This document shows, in pieces, positions 11,150 through 24,720 of a stretch of 64,000 nucleotides of DNA. The DNA is from Phoronis australis (Eukaryota; Animalia; Phoronida): the NCBI GenBank assembly GCA_002633005.1, contig NMRA01000271.1, forward strand, positions 389,588 to 453,587, read 5' to 3'. Position 1 is the first letter of the stretch. Each line of letters opens with the position of its first letter. The translations under genes were made by a program, and so were the position numbers. Below the pieces are notes generated by a model. It searched no databases. It worked only from the letters and a program-made list of their open reading frames with translations, and was not told the origin of the DNA.

Positions 11150-13547
11150 AAATACAGAAAAAGAACAACAGGTGGCACTGAACTGCACTTCTGACTCTTC
11201 TCCGTACATTGATCAGCGAACTTAGATCGTCGGAAAACAAAGATAATCTAACCTGATTTCTGTGACAACAACTGTCCAAAACCAAAAGGGATAGAAGTAA
11301 GTTCTTGGAACAGTCAGCCTAGTTCATTGTGAGACATTGAATGAGAGCAAAACACACCAAACATTGCTGCATTGATCTGAAATCATACAACCAGCACTGC
11401 GTTCTATTCGCTGCAAACTGAGCCAGCTGAATAGTGTTCTGTTCATTCACAGCTAGAGTACCTAGGTCAATTATAAAACGTACCCACATTAAGGCAATAC
11501 TCACAGGGGTATAGTGACTATTTCATATATTCATATAACAAGCAGAATCTACCCGTGTTGACTACTGCATGTGCATAAAATTCTCAAAAACATACCTTTC
11601 ACGCAATCAACAATGAAGTAAACACACTTCAAGAAAATGAGAAAGTGTGCCCTTGAGGTGATATGGATTCAAACTGAAATACAAACTCAACCAAAGCACA
11701 CATGCCAAATACCATAATCCGATTAGACATACTCTGGATGTGACACCTTCAGCAGAATAAAACCAGAAGCCGCTGTGCAATCAGTGAACACGCAGTTTGA
11801 CAGACCAAGTGCTGATGGGATTCATATGAGCTAACGTCGTTGCGTCCTTCGAACAAGGAAACGCTGGCTGGGACATCAGCCAATTTGGGTGGGTATTCCT
11901 CCAGCTAAAGATAGTTATGGTTTGGTATTTTTGTGGTACCTGCAAGTAGTATTAGTCTTGGGTGGGTGCATGAAAGAGTCGGAAGTAACTGGAGATGGCA
12001 TAGCGTCCCACGGCTTTCTTCGATTCGTCCTGCAAAAATCGGGGTTAGCAACTGCCACACCTCAAAAACAATCTTCTAGTATATCAAATAAGGCGAACAT
12101 ACATTTTTAAAATCATCAATTCATTCAAATCAGGAAAACTACAACTCTAGGAGTTTTACCTCAGTTAGGGCACGTATTAAAATATGTGCTCACTCATATT
12201 TTGAAAACGGCAAGCTCCTCAGAATAAAACCATCCCCCATCTGAGGCAATGAGCAGAATTTTCAGAGCACAGTGAATAGAGGATGTGAACTTACATGTAC
12301 ATGATGGTGAACAGTCTTTCAAAATCCCATAAGTACAATTTAAGATTGGTATATTTCTCGATTTTCATTTTGCATGGCATGACGCAATTTGGTAAAAGCC
12401 GAATGACCTCAAGTTTCAAAACAGTAATGCGTAATGTTTGTTAATGACAAAAATGTTTCAGTGTATTGCTGAGGGTGGTTACACAATAGAAGTTGAGACA
12501 TCTCATTACAAGGAGAAAGTAGTTATCGGTGGTAAGTACCTATTGCATTATCCTAACTGGGTAAGAAGTATTCATAGTTGAGGATCGGGAAAAGTGATGT
12601 AGCGCCTAATCTATTTTCCTCTGACATCCATGAAAGTGGAATAAATTTGGCGGAAAATTAAGAAAATTAAGTCAATTGACATACTTTAAGAAGTATATTA
12701 TTGAAAAAACTTTTTGCCCTATCACTGCAAAAATTATTAAGTGTCATCTGTAATTTTTTACCTAGAGAATGATTCTTGCAGTAATCATTGTGCCGTATAT
12801 GACCAACAGAGGGTGTTATTTAGTGTTAATTAGAACAAGATCCCCTTGCAGAAAAAAAAAGCGAAATAGGTGTCAAGAAAATGAAGGTGTGCCTGGCCAC
12901 ACTTTTCAGTCATCTAATGGAATTCAATGGTTTTGAAAACAGAAATTATAGTTAATGAAAAATATCGCTTGTGCTTCAGATGCACTTTATAAAAGCTTTT
13001 GCAGCTGGTGCACTATCCGTACTGCAGACTGGGGAACCAGGGAACACTCCTGCACAGTCCACGAGTCATGCCATTTGTTTGTCCCTAAGTCTTCGATTTC
13101 CTATATCAATAATACCAAAAACAAAATCTTTTAATACTATAATTCTAGTATTAGCCAAGCGTTACACATGATAATCGTCCATCTATTAATATTAATTTGC
13201 TAAAAGATTATTATGTTGCAGATGTTTGCAAAGGTTTTTGCAAGGTGAAACAGACCATTGTTAGCTCTCTCATACATTGGTGCACCACACCCAATAAAGT
13301 TCAAGGTCAAAACCTTGTCTGCCATTTTGATTCAAGCCGGAAACACAGACATCCAAATCGGAACAGTATTACGATAAAGAGCAAATAAAGAACACGTCAA
13401 AATTCCATTGATTTACATGATAAGGTCTTGGGACAATGGAACAAAAAACTGAAAGAGGTAACAGTCAGTTCTTGGAAATGTCTATAGTCCAAACTATGAA
13501 TTGACTGTATGACTGACTGCACGGCAGCAACACTGTTGAACTTGTTC

Positions 13548-14411
13548 ATACATGTTCGTGTTTCAAAAGGCTTAGAAGCAAAACCATTTTCTTTTGAGTA
13601 TGTTAAGAAAATCACCACTGTCAGTAATTGCTATGACCGAGGTTGTACAATCCAGTCTTTTTGCTCTTACAATACACATAGATTAGGGTACGCAATAGGA
13701 CTTTCCAGATTACATAGCGGTAGCACTCTCCTTTATCATGAAGGTAAGAGAGTGCATTGCATTTTGGGTTCGAAGGGGATAACTAGTAAACGAATGTCCC
13801 GAGAGTACCGCATATAAATCACCAATTACGGATCATGCTATACAAAACAATGATTTGGTCGACTGGCATAATGTCTCCACCCTGGACAATGACAACAATG
13901 GATTTACAAAGTGGATCAGAAAATCTGTTTAATATATCAAAAAATGGGTAACACGTGCATGAATAGAGATGTAGGACATTATTCCAGCTGGATACACCTT
14001 ATAGCGCCATCCTACGGAACAACCAAGTTTTTAGCTTTGTCCATTCCGGTCATGGTGTCACTCGTCTGTTTGTTCAACAGGCATTAGTTTGGGGATGGCT
14101 GCCTGTACTAAGAGGTTGAAAAACTTAACGTGGTAAATTGCCGTGGTCTATTCCAACACTTTATAGTCTATCGATGAATATTATGATACCTGAACGCGGA
14201 GAAATTAGCTCAGCTGAAAATTACTCACTGCAGCATCAATCATTGGTACATCTAAGGTCAGGCATAAATCTGCGAAGATGGCTGCACACACTGACGAATA
14301 CAAACCTGGCAAGCACCACAAGGAAGCAATGGTCAGAGAGAAACCAGGAGAACAATTAGAAGGTAAGTGACCGACACTCCTGTGTAACACCACATAACGG
14401 TGGAGATATTT
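13548..14411 (+). repeat. ~870-bp block duplicated at 17256-18131
   Basis: Both copies start TACATGTTCGTGTTTCAAAAGGCTTAGAAGC and end CCACATAACGGTG.AGATATTTG, with high identity and small indels. Confidence 0.92.
13810..14000 (+). mobile_element. Penelope-like element GIY-YIG C-terminal fragment (copy at ~17510-17700)
   Basis: KSPITDHAIQNNDLVDWHNVSTLDND...KWIRKSV..IKK...CMNRDVG matches the PLE motif S.I.DH......DW......D......R.IKEAI.I.....MNRD.G. Confidence 0.75.
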
Positions 14412-15517
14412 GTAGTACAAATTCATGAAAATATTGCATTTTGTGAGGGGAATTTCAACAGTGAAACTGAAAAATCTGGACACAAGTATTCAAAAGTGGA
14501 ATTCTTTGTGAAAATGCAGAGGTAGGCATTTAGGTGAATGCGAGAGCATAAACCTGAAAAGAGCCGAGCACTGAGGAAAGATATCAATAAACAATTGTTT
14601 CAATTTTCTTTCAAAATATGTAAAGTCAGGATCAATGTAATCATTATGACTCAAAACTACAGCTTTTAAGAAAATGTGACCTTAAACTCTCAAAATCAGG
14701 ATTCAGCAGCACAGCACAGACCAAAAATGTTGACGTAGATGTCACCGATGTCCTCAAACAAATGGACCAGGAAAGAGGCTATACAGAAAGAAAAACTTCT
14801 ACGCAAATGGCTACAGGTAAAGAAAATATTGCACGTGTTATGTTATTAGTCTTCTTGACGATGAATGCCATATAAAGTGAATTTCACAAGTGAAGCTTAT
14901 GAACTACTCGGATACACTTGCATGTACGAAACAACTAAGAATTATTCATCCATTGAATTAATCAACAGTCAGTAGCTTAGCTAGCTGAAAATTACTAGGT
15001 ACGAATAAATAGTAGCATCGTGTATTGGCAATAGTATGCTGAAGGTCGAACATAAAGTTGCTCAGATGGCAACAAACCCAGCAAGCACTGAAAGGAACCA
15101 ATGGTTACAGAGACACCAGGCGAACGGAGGGACAGTATGTGACTCATGCTCTGTGTGGCCACGTAACAGCAGATATTTGATTCTAATTAAAGCTTCAGAG
15201 ATTCTGTACAGGCAAACCAAAGTATAACCGTATTCATCTGGGTTAACATCCTGGGCGTTTAAACAGCTGAACTTGTCATTAAGCCGAATACAATTTAATA
15301 GAAAACTTAGGGCAAGTTGTTGAAAATTCAGAGGTGGGTGTACATTTCGTATTGAAATATTTAATCAGCAAATTATTACGTTACTATTTCAAAGTGCGCA
15401 AATCCAGGTCGGGTTTGTGTCAAAGTTTGGAAACAGCTCAGCCAGCAGCTTCTAACTAAATGTCACAATGAACACCCAAAACAGAAATCAACCCCCCCCC
15501 CCCCCCCCCCCCCCCCC

Positions 15518-16171
15518 NNNNNNNNNNNNNNNNNNNNNNNNNNNNNNNNNNNNNNNNNNNNNNNNNNNNNNNNNNNNNNNNNNNNNNNNNNNNNNNNNNN
15601 NNNNNNNNNNNNNNNNNNNNNNNNNNNNNNNNNNNNNNNNNNNNNNNNNNNNNNNNNNNNNNNNNNNNNNNNNNNNNNNNNNNNNNNNNNNNNNNNNNNN
15701 NNNNNNNNNNNNNNNNNNNNNNNNNNNNNNNNNNNNNNNNNNNNNNNNNNNNNNNNNNNNNNNNNNNNNNNNNNNNNNNNNNNNNNNNNNNNNNNNNNNN
15801 NNNNNNNNNNNNNNNNNNNNNNNNNNNNNNNNNNNNNNNNNNNNNNNNNNNNNNNNNNNNNNNNNNNNNNNNNNNNNNNNNNNNNNNNNNNNNNNNNNNN
15901 NNNNNNNNNNNNNNNNNNNNNNNNNNNNNNNNNNNNNNNNNNNNNNNNNNNNNNNNNNNNNNNNNNNNNNNNNNNNNNNNNNNNNNNNNNNNNNNNNNNN
16001 NNNNNNNNNNNNNNNNNNNNNNNNNNNNNNNNNNNNNNNNNNNNNNNNNNNNNNNNNNNNNNNNNNNNNNNNNNNNNNNNNNNNNNNNNNNNNNNNNNNN
16101 NNNNNNNNNNNNNNNNNNNNNNNNNNNNNNNNNNNNNNNNNNNNNNNNNNNNNNNNNNNNNNNNNNNNNNN
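15518..16171. other. Assembly gap, preceded by a poly-C run at 15492-15517
   Basis: Run of N. Confidence 1.
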
Positions 16172-17255
16172 CGGCAACTTTTCGCTCCCCGAACCACCGT
16201 CGCCGTAAAATGTTCAGACTCCTATAGAAACAACCTTGTTCCGGCTGAGGCGGGCAATTAAAAACAAAATCATTCCGGGTGGCTAAAAAGGGTACAATGT
16301 AGGTGGTAACGATATCCAGAAGTCACCCCTACGAGATGGAGTTTGCCTCGCAAAATCGTATTATTTATAACGTTTCTAATACCATTGCAGCGTTTTAATA
16401 TCTTATTACCCAAACACTGAGGTTAACGACTATGGTCACGCACAAGCTTACTCCCTACCTTTAAAGTGTTTCATAATAAGCGCTCACTGATCTATTAAAA
16501 GTCCCCCCTTAAATTTTTTGAGAATTTCCAATGAAGCGCCCACAGTTCAAGCTAGCGCCCATCATAGCGCACTACAAACGACCGCGTGTGATTTAAAATT
16601 GTCACGCAGCTTATATGGTGTGTCACTTTCATTTTACACAACTTCAGTTTTCAAAAACGTCTTTTCACAATATGTAAAAACCAAATCCTGGCTTTGTTTT
16701 ATACCTGGGAAAGAAAGTTAACACTAGTGACATGCGTGTCAATTTGTGACTGACCTATTTTTCCCGTACTTGGAAGGTATTGCGGAGCAAACTCGCCATT
16801 ACCCGAGTTAGTTTGAATCGTTAACGACTTTGATGACAACAAGTAGCAGCCCAGATCTAAAAATATCCCGGATACTTTTTCAAGGGGCATTTTCTACCTT
16901 TTCACATCGCAAGTTTAGCTACTCGAATGCACAAGTCAGTTAGAGAGCCCTGATTCAACTTTCACGTCGGCAACTTGCCTTGCGCTCTAGAGTCTTTCAG
17001 ATGCGGTCATGAAGAACAGTAAGGCCGTACCTGCATGAATGAAGTCAATTTTGAGATCCGAAATTTGTGAGTTAACGCTGCAAGTTTAAAGAGCAATTTC
17101 TCGATGATCTGAAAAATCTATTTTGGCGCGTAAAAATGGCGGAAAAATTTTGCGACCTGGCATTTACGAATGCGAGCTGGATTTTGAAAATGCGACCTGG
17201 GATTTTGGCTAGGTCGCAAAATGCGACCTGGCGATTTTAATAACGTCGAGCCCTG
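16172..17255. mobile_element. Right part of a hAT-like non-autonomous element; left end probably in the gap
   Basis: Ends ATAACGTCGAGCCCTG (CAGGGCTCGAC TIR) and has subterminal TGCGACCTGG repeats at 17150-17232. Confidence 0.6.
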
Positions 17256-18131
17256 TACATGTTCGTGTTTCAAAAGGCTTAGAAGCAAAACCATTTTCTT
17301 AAGATAATCACCATTGTCAGTAATTGCTATGACCGAGGTTGTACAATCCAGTCTTTTTGCTCTAACAATACACATAGACTAGGGTACGCAATAGGACTTT
17401 CCAGATTACATAGCGGTAGCACTCTCCTTTATCATGAAGGTAAGACAGTGCATTGCATTTTGGGTTCGAAGGGGATAACTAGTAAACGAATGTCCCGAGA
17501 GTACCGTGTATGAATCACCAATTACGGATCATGCTATACAAAACAATGATTTGGTCGACTGGCATAATGTCTCCGCCACCCTGGACAATGACAATGGATT
17601 TACGAGGTGGATCAGAGAACCTATTTAATATAACAAAAAATGAATAGCACATGCATGAATAGAGATGTAGGACATTATTCCAGCTGGATACAGCATAGCG
17701 CCATCCTACGAAAGAATCAAGTTTTTAGCTTCGTCCATTCCGGTCGTGGTGTCAATCGTCTGGGTGTTCAACAGATATTAAGTTTGGGGTGTATGCCTGT
17801 ACTAGGAGGTTGAAATACTTAAAGCGGTAAATTTCCGTCGTCTATTCCTAGTTTTTAGTATACACTATATATACATATAGTCCATTGATGAATATTATGA
17901 TACCCGAACGCGGAGAAATTAGCTCAGCTGAAAATTACTCACTGCAGCATCAATCATTAGTACATCTAAGGTCAGACATAAATCTGCGAAGATGGCTGCA
18001 CACACTGACGAATACAAACCTGGCAAGCACCACAAGGAAGCAAATTGGTCAAAGAGAAACCAGGAGAACAATTAGAAGGTAAGTGACCGATGCTCCTTCT
18101 GTGTAACACCACATAACGGTGAAGATATTTG
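17256..18131 (+). repeat. Second copy of the 13548-14411 block
   Basis: Direct sequence match. Confidence 0.92.
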
Positions 18132-19407
18132 ATGCCAATAAAACTTTGAAGTACAATTTAATAGATAACATAGTAAACTAAATTTTTCTGCAAATACTTT
18201 TGAAATTGAAGAAGTCCAACTCATTTAGTTTAAATCTGTAGCAACTTCTTTACTTAATTTTTAAAGCTGCCTTTGTAATACTTTATCATTTTAAGGTTAT
18301 CTCCAACCTTATTCACAAAAAATTGCCATTTTTACAATATTTCACAAGTGTCTAGTAAAATACCTGATCTTCATTCTCGGGGAACTTCAAATACAAACTA
18401 TATACTGCATAGAGAGAAAAAAAGATTTAACAGAACCAACTTGAAACTGCAAAACCGTGTGAACATTTGTTTACTACTTATCCGAGGTTAAAGGTTAAAG
18501 GGCAGCTTCGTATACCCTCAGTCCTTTCATTCACAAAATCGCGATAACATTGAGTAAACGAGGTGTTTTTCATGGTAGAATGGTGCCTGGGAAAACAAAA
18601 GACAAAACGTACTTTTGATCCTAAAGAAGTTGTGCATCTACATGCAGGACCGTTGGCGAATGCTCACCTCAGGCCTCTGTGGTCATGAACATAGCAAGTT
18701 AAGTGAAAAGAGTTCAATCCTCACCCTAATTCCTTCATTTAATTAATAAATTGACATTTTAGTGTTTCAGTCTCATGCTAAAGACATGCTTTAACCACCG
18801 ATTCGATTTTTGTTATCCATTTCTTACTTGGGTTCGTATCAGTCTCCCAGCACGTGACGTGTACTGGTTACGTTTATAACAATGAACTGTGACCTATTTA
18901 CATATAAAAGTAGGTCAAATGGTCGCAAACAACAGTAGTTAGCTGGAAACGGTACATTCTTAATGATAATTAAGTTAATTACGCACTTCAAAATCAGTTG
19001 ACATTGCGAGTGAATGTTGAAATAGCAAACATATTTAAGGCTTGTATAGACCTAGTTCACGCCGACAGGAGGCGCGTTCCAAAACGAGGCTTGCTACGAT
19101 AGCTTTGTTGGCTTATCGGCATAGTGTATTCCGCGTTGCTTGAACGGCTGAAAAAATACGCACTCTCAACTGTCCGTTTTACAATCCCTAAGGTGGTTGA
19201 GATTCGGAAGTGTTCGTTGCCATACACCATGAAGATGGAAATATGGCCTTGTAAAATTTATGTTTTCAAAAAGTTAGATCATATTTTAATTGTCGCATTT
19301 CGGTTGCCGAGCATCATAGCAACGACCAGAGAATCTTCGGTCGCAGCCAGGCTGTGTTTTCACGACTACGAGTTGAAACATGATGTATTTTTCTTTCCAA
19401 AAAGGGC

Positions 19408-19690
19408 AGGGCCCTAAATCCCTTGATTTCGGGGCCCAATATTGGCCTTATTCCCCCACGAGGCCTAAAAATTCCCCTAGTGATTGAAAATTTCTCTCCG
19501 GAGTTCAAATCACCTGTAACCACACAGGTGACAATTTGAAAGAACACAAAATGCTACTTGAGACAGAGCCCAAAAAGGGTGGGGGTGCTATTGATGGTGA
19601 TCGAGAGGTAGATTTTTCCCCTCACTCGGCGAAAAAATTCCCCTCTCAGAAGGCACAGACACCTTTCCCCTCGGATGAGCGAGGCCCGTG
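19408..19690. mobile_element. Dispersed repeat/MITE family; related copies at ~23265-23588 and ~52214-52325
   Basis: Shared blocks GGGGC..AATAT.GGC, AAATTCCCC, AAATCAC.TGTAAC, AAGGCACAG.CACC.TTCCCCTC. Confidence 0.55.
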
Positions 19691-19992
19691 AAGAAACATG
19701 AAAGCTATGCTTGCTCTGTCCAGTTAACTGAAACTGAGCTCTAAAACACGGTTATGCTTTGGACAAACAAATTAGGTGTCTTAATTTTAAAATTCAACTT
19801 GGTCCAGAAGATATTTGAAACTTTAAACACATGAAATAGACGTACGAACTATTAAAACCAAGAAAGCAGAACTGATGGTGAAATAATTTTTATTTTCAAT
19901 TACAAGCCTGGTTTTTTATTTTAATAGAATTATTTTTAATAACATCAATTATTCTTTCTGATTAATGACAAATCAACTGTTTGTCCCCCTGG

Positions 19993-20500
19993 CAGGGCTT
20001 GGAATGACCAATGACAAAATACGCGGAAACGTTGAAACTTTTACGGCCCAAATCATGCCCGATAACCAGCCTTGGAATGGTCAATGTGAACCTTTCCCCG
20101 ACAAAAATCGGGAGGACTAAAAAAAAAAAACGTTACCACCATCAGTAGCATGCATCTGCGTCCTTTTAGCTCACCCGTCCACTCCCAACCCACACATTTT
20201 TGTCTGCAGAGTGGTAGTATTTGTCGCCGCGCTTAACAATAACACGAGACGCCATTGAAAATCCCACCACGCTGTCCCAGGTGCCCCGGCAATGTTGACA
20301 ATTTACGTTCCTCCGAAACATAAAGAGCAACTTCCGCTTTTCGAGGTGAACGTCGTCTGCAACGCCGCGGTAAGAAAGGAATTTGCCGCAGAGATTTTAT
20401 ATCAAATCCGATTTTTTTACGCGGAAATATTATAAAAAAAGCGGAAAGCACATTTGAAAAAATCGGAAATCCGCGTTTCCGCGGAAAATTCCAAGCCCTG
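19993..20500. mobile_element. hAT-like MITE with CAGGGCTTGGAAT TIRs and a 6-bp TSD
   Basis: 13-bp TIR at both ends; CCCTGG duplicated at 19987-19992 and 20501-20506. Confidence 0.8.
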
Positions 20501-20747
20501 CCCTGGTCCCTACCTCAACAGGACCTAGGCTATGCTCGGTGTTAATATTCTTTATCAAAAAATTCAACCAGATGTGACTAATTTCACATGGCAGATGACC
20601 TGGTTCATCGTGTAGAAAGCATTTTTATCAACAATTTACAAGAAAAAACGTAACCCTGCATTCAGCATGATACCTAATCTGAAACACTGCGATCGCCGCA
20701 ATTTGGTCACATTTACTTTTCATGTTACAAACCTTGAGTGTAGAGAT

Positions 20748-22625
20748 CGGAAATTGGTGAGCTACTGATACCAAATGGTAATCGTGAGTAGGCGTACATG
20801 CCTTTGTGTGTATTAATGGTAACCAGTTTTTGTGAGTCAGTGTCTAACAACATTTGCTGATAGGCACACCGCAAATCAGTCTTGGAGTAACTGTCAGCTC
20901 CAGCCAGTTTAGCAAACACTTCGTCCAGTGTAGGGATCGGAAATTGGTCAGTTTTAATTGACTGTGACCTTAAAGTCACCACATAGCCTCACACTGCCAT
21001 CCGCTTTGGGAATACAAACAAGTGGGGTGGCCCACTCACTGTAATCCACACGTTTGATGATGCCCTCGTTCTCCATTTGCACCAATTCTTTCTCGACCGC
21101 GGCACGTAGTGCAAACGGAACCAGTTGGGCCCTCAAGAAAATGGGTGTTACGTCGTCGTGGAGCTTAGCTTCCATTCCTTTTATGGTTCCCAATTCTCGT
21201 TTGAAGACGTTTGGGTATTTTGTCTGGAACTCATTGATCCAGTCGGTGATGACGTATTGACCATCCGTAGGTCTTTTCAATTGGTCAGCCAGTTGGTGCC
21301 AATCCAACTTTAACTGACTCAGCCACACTCGACCCAGCAAAGGAGGGGTGTGGCGATCCGCTCGTACAATCGTTAGTGGCAAAATTGCCACATTTTGGCC
21401 TTCATATTCAACGTCTACAGTGATTTGTCCCACAACATCTAATTGCGCTCCGGCATATGCGTGCATATTCTGCTGTCTAGGTTTCAAGGGAATATATTTG
21501 AAATGTTTCTCATAGTCAGCGAAACTTATGACCGATGATCCTAGCTGCACCAAGGTCAAATTCCATATTGAATAGAATTCCGTCAATCTTAATAGGAACC
21601 TTGATTGCTGGCGGTACGGGTGAGGACGTTTCATCAGTGGCAAATAATAAATCAATTGTAATGTCGTCATCTCCAACGAAATGTGCCCGATTTTGTGCCC
21701 CTTTCTGACATTCCGATTTCAAATGTCTAGTTGTCTGGCGTGTGGTTGTTGAGCCCACAGCGCCAACACTGTTTCCGCTGAGTTCCTTGACCATTTCTCT
21801 GCGTTCCGTGTGACTATGTTTCGTTTCTCGGCGTGTACGGGGTACTTCTCGCTCTCGGGTTTGCGTTATACGATTTCCTTCCTTGAACTCGATTCACTGC
21901 GCCCGTTGCAGCATTTTCCGCGCTATTGCCTCCCGGATGAATGTTCTTCATGTGTTTGCTGCCGTTTCCTGCGCAACCGCTTCTTTGATCGCCTCGTCAA
22001 ATGTAAATTCTTTGGCAAGCAGTCTCTTTTTGATGTTGTCAGATCGTATTCTGCAAATGAACCTGTCTCTTAGATTGTCGTTCAGTGCGTCTGCCGTAAA
22101 TTCGCAAGTTCCCGACATTTTTCGAAGCTCCCGTACAAATTCCATGACTGATTGTCCCTCTTTTTGGACTATGGAATGGAACCTATATCTCTCCGCCGTT
22201 TTCAGTCTTGTTGGCTTAAAATAATTTTTAAACAAGGTACATATGTCATCATATGATTTTGTCGCCAGACTGGCAAGAAATGCAAAGTCTTTCACAACTT
22301 GGTAGCAGTCTGCCCCCATGCTGCTCAGAAAAACCGCCCGTTTCTTGACTGCTTTGTCCGATAAATCGGCCGTAACTAAAAATTGTTCTAAACGTTCCAA
22401 ATAGCTGTCCATATCTTCCCGTTTGTTGTACTCCTCGCACTGAATCGTCCTCGAAGCCATTTCTCGTCGCCAATGTTACGTTTATCGTTGGGTAGCCAGA
22501 GTGGAAGGAACAACAATTATTCGAGTGATAATGAAATACGTCTATTCGTGATCGTGGTAATACAAGCAGTGAACGTGCAACTACAAACTGATGGTGAAAC
22601 CATCACGTGACTACACAACATAACA
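20748..22625 (-). mobile_element. Gypsy LTR retrotransposon, Mag-like: 5' LTR, PBS, gag, protease and partial RT; truncated and decayed
   Basis: LTR 22474-22625 (TGTTATG...CGTAACA on minus). PBS TGGCGACGAG at 22463-22472 (tRNA-Ser-type). gag YLERLEQF, AERYRF, LRDRFI. Degenerate protease MEFDLGA, LLGRVWL. RT SEWATPLVCIPKADGSVRLCGDFKVTVN, DLRCAYQQ, INTHKG, RLPFGISSSP. Confidence 0.92.
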
Positions 22626-23058
22626 CGTGTTCTCTAAAAATAGTACATGACATAAACTAAATCATTCATACATCACAAGGGCAGCTACTGGGTAATGGGG
22701 AGATTGGCTGGACGGAATTGTAAGTGAGACTGGTCCCGAGCTGTGCTTGAAGGTATAGTGATGACCACAGAATCGCCAGAGGGGGGGGACGATGTCGCTG
22801 ACCTGTATGACGTGGGAGGAGAGCGAGGAGGAGACTGTGAATATTAATTGGAAATATCAATTATTGATGCCGAAGTGTTTATTGTTTATTTCTTTTTGCC
22901 ACTGAACCAGGATTGTCACCATGTATCTAACTATGTGTAGTGGCTACGACAATGTGTTGTTTAGTAGGCCTACATGGGATTTCCAATGTCTCACCCTTAT
23001 GACTGGACCGTGCATGCATGACTCTGAAAAGCGGGCACACTCACTAAGAAGTACTTAC

Positions 23059-23114
23059 TGACACTTTTGTACATGGGAGACAATTGGAGCAACCCTGCAG
23101 CTGCATTTTCATCT
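23059..23114 (-). CDS. PIK3R4: PIK3R4/VPS15 coding exon 3
   Basis: tttcag|AG ATG AAA...GTG TCA|gtaagt encodes KMKMQLQGCSNCLPCTKVS, matching vertebrate LKIRLNSAQNCLPFQK; phase matches exon 2. Confidence 0.8.
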
Positions 23115-23942
23115 CTGAAAGACAATAAGAACAAATCTCTTTACCTTCTTCCTGCTGTTTCTGCCTCTTACAAGGGCGTATCTGGGAAGGAAGGGAGCCA
23201 ACATTTTTCCAAACTTTAATCTCCCAAATCTCAATTAATCCTCAAATTAAGTTTATATGTACTCCTAGGATCTTAAATCTCTCGATTTTGGGGCTGAATA
23301 TCCGCTCCATTCCAACTAAAAATGTTCAAAATCTATGCAAAATTCCCCGCATGAGACCAAAACTTCCCCTCAAGAGACTAAACAATTCCCTTGATATTCA
23401 AATCACTTGTAACTCAAACACAAAGGTGACAACTATTGAGGCAAAGCCTGTGAGGGCTAGTGACAGGGGTGGGCGTGATATTGAAGGTGACCGGGGGGCG
23501 GGAGGAGTAGAATTTCCGGCCCTCACACAAAGAATTCCCTCACAAGGCACAGGCACCATTCCCCTCTCTTAGGTGAATAAGGGCACTGACTAAATTACGA
23601 TGTCACCAATTTAGGACACAAAACGGCCAATAAGTAAAAGTTCACTTCATCATTTTTCCGCAAAGGATAGGTAGCCCAAAATTAAATGCTTTTCCATGTT
23701 CAGGGGCCTGTTTCATGGAAATAACTTCAGACAGTACTTTGGTCATATGCTCCCACTGAACAACTAATGAAAAAGGGTTTAGTCAAGCAATCATGAATCC
23801 ATCACAGTCTAAGAGAAACAATTTATAGAAATCAGTAACAAGCGGTGATGGGTATATTCTTAGAGACTATGGGCTTTAGCACAAGTGAGCTTTATTTACT
23901 CTTCTTAAAGAGTTGTATGGAGCGCAAGACAAAATTTCTCTT

Positions 23943-24345
23943 TTAAAGCCTGGAGATGTTGCATGCTTCTAACTATGCTTGTGTATAACAGAAACTAAAC
24001 GACAAAGCCATTTTAACAATGCAATTATATTCACTGACAACTTCTGTGAAGACAAAATATTCTGCAAATAGATGACCTTTGCACTAACGATGTACGTTGC
24101 GAGCTCACATAGCCCGCATCGTGCAGTGTTATTCCCCGGCACCGCGTCACAATACTTACTGGACACGGTTCAATGATTTGTGACGGATCATTTTCTCCAC
24201 AGTACTCGTTCTTAAAAACATTAATTTGGGCAATTTTCAACCTACTTCATATTGACATTGTCACAATGTGTCGTGTTTTAAAATAATTTGGACAAGCAAT
24301 CGAAGAGATAAGGAATTAGCCTGCAAGTTCCACATCAACTTTAAG
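23943..24345 (-). mobile_element. Kolobok-like (TTAA-flanked) MITE; same family as 40389-40712 and 47631-48200
   Basis: Reverse complement aligns with the two other copies; TTAA at the ends. Confidence 0.65.
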
Positions 24346-24720
24346 ACACTTTTCAGGAAATAGGCAGGTTTTGTACAATAACTGCCATAAGACAATGCCC
24401 CAATAGTCATGTTACAATCAATTGAAAACTGAAAAAAGTCAATTTTTGGGAAATGGTTTTGTCTGAAATTGGTGAGATTTCCCCGTACCATTATCACCAA
24501 ATCTGTGCACTTATCCAAATATCTGGAAATCTACAAAATGTCATTTAGTTAAAAGTATATAGAATTGAACTCTAGATTTCATACCACAAAGTCATTGACT
24601 GAGTCATCCTTTCGGTAAAACGTTTTGGATAAAAAGAAATGAACAATAATAGCAAAACAACAGTTCTGTATCAAAACATGACGCATTTTTTTTTGATGGG
24701 TGTGTTATCAACAGACTTAA

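Noticed and set aside
15463-16208. Long ORFs spanning the gap (also 58186-59142)
   Set aside because: Artefacts of N runs and poly-C
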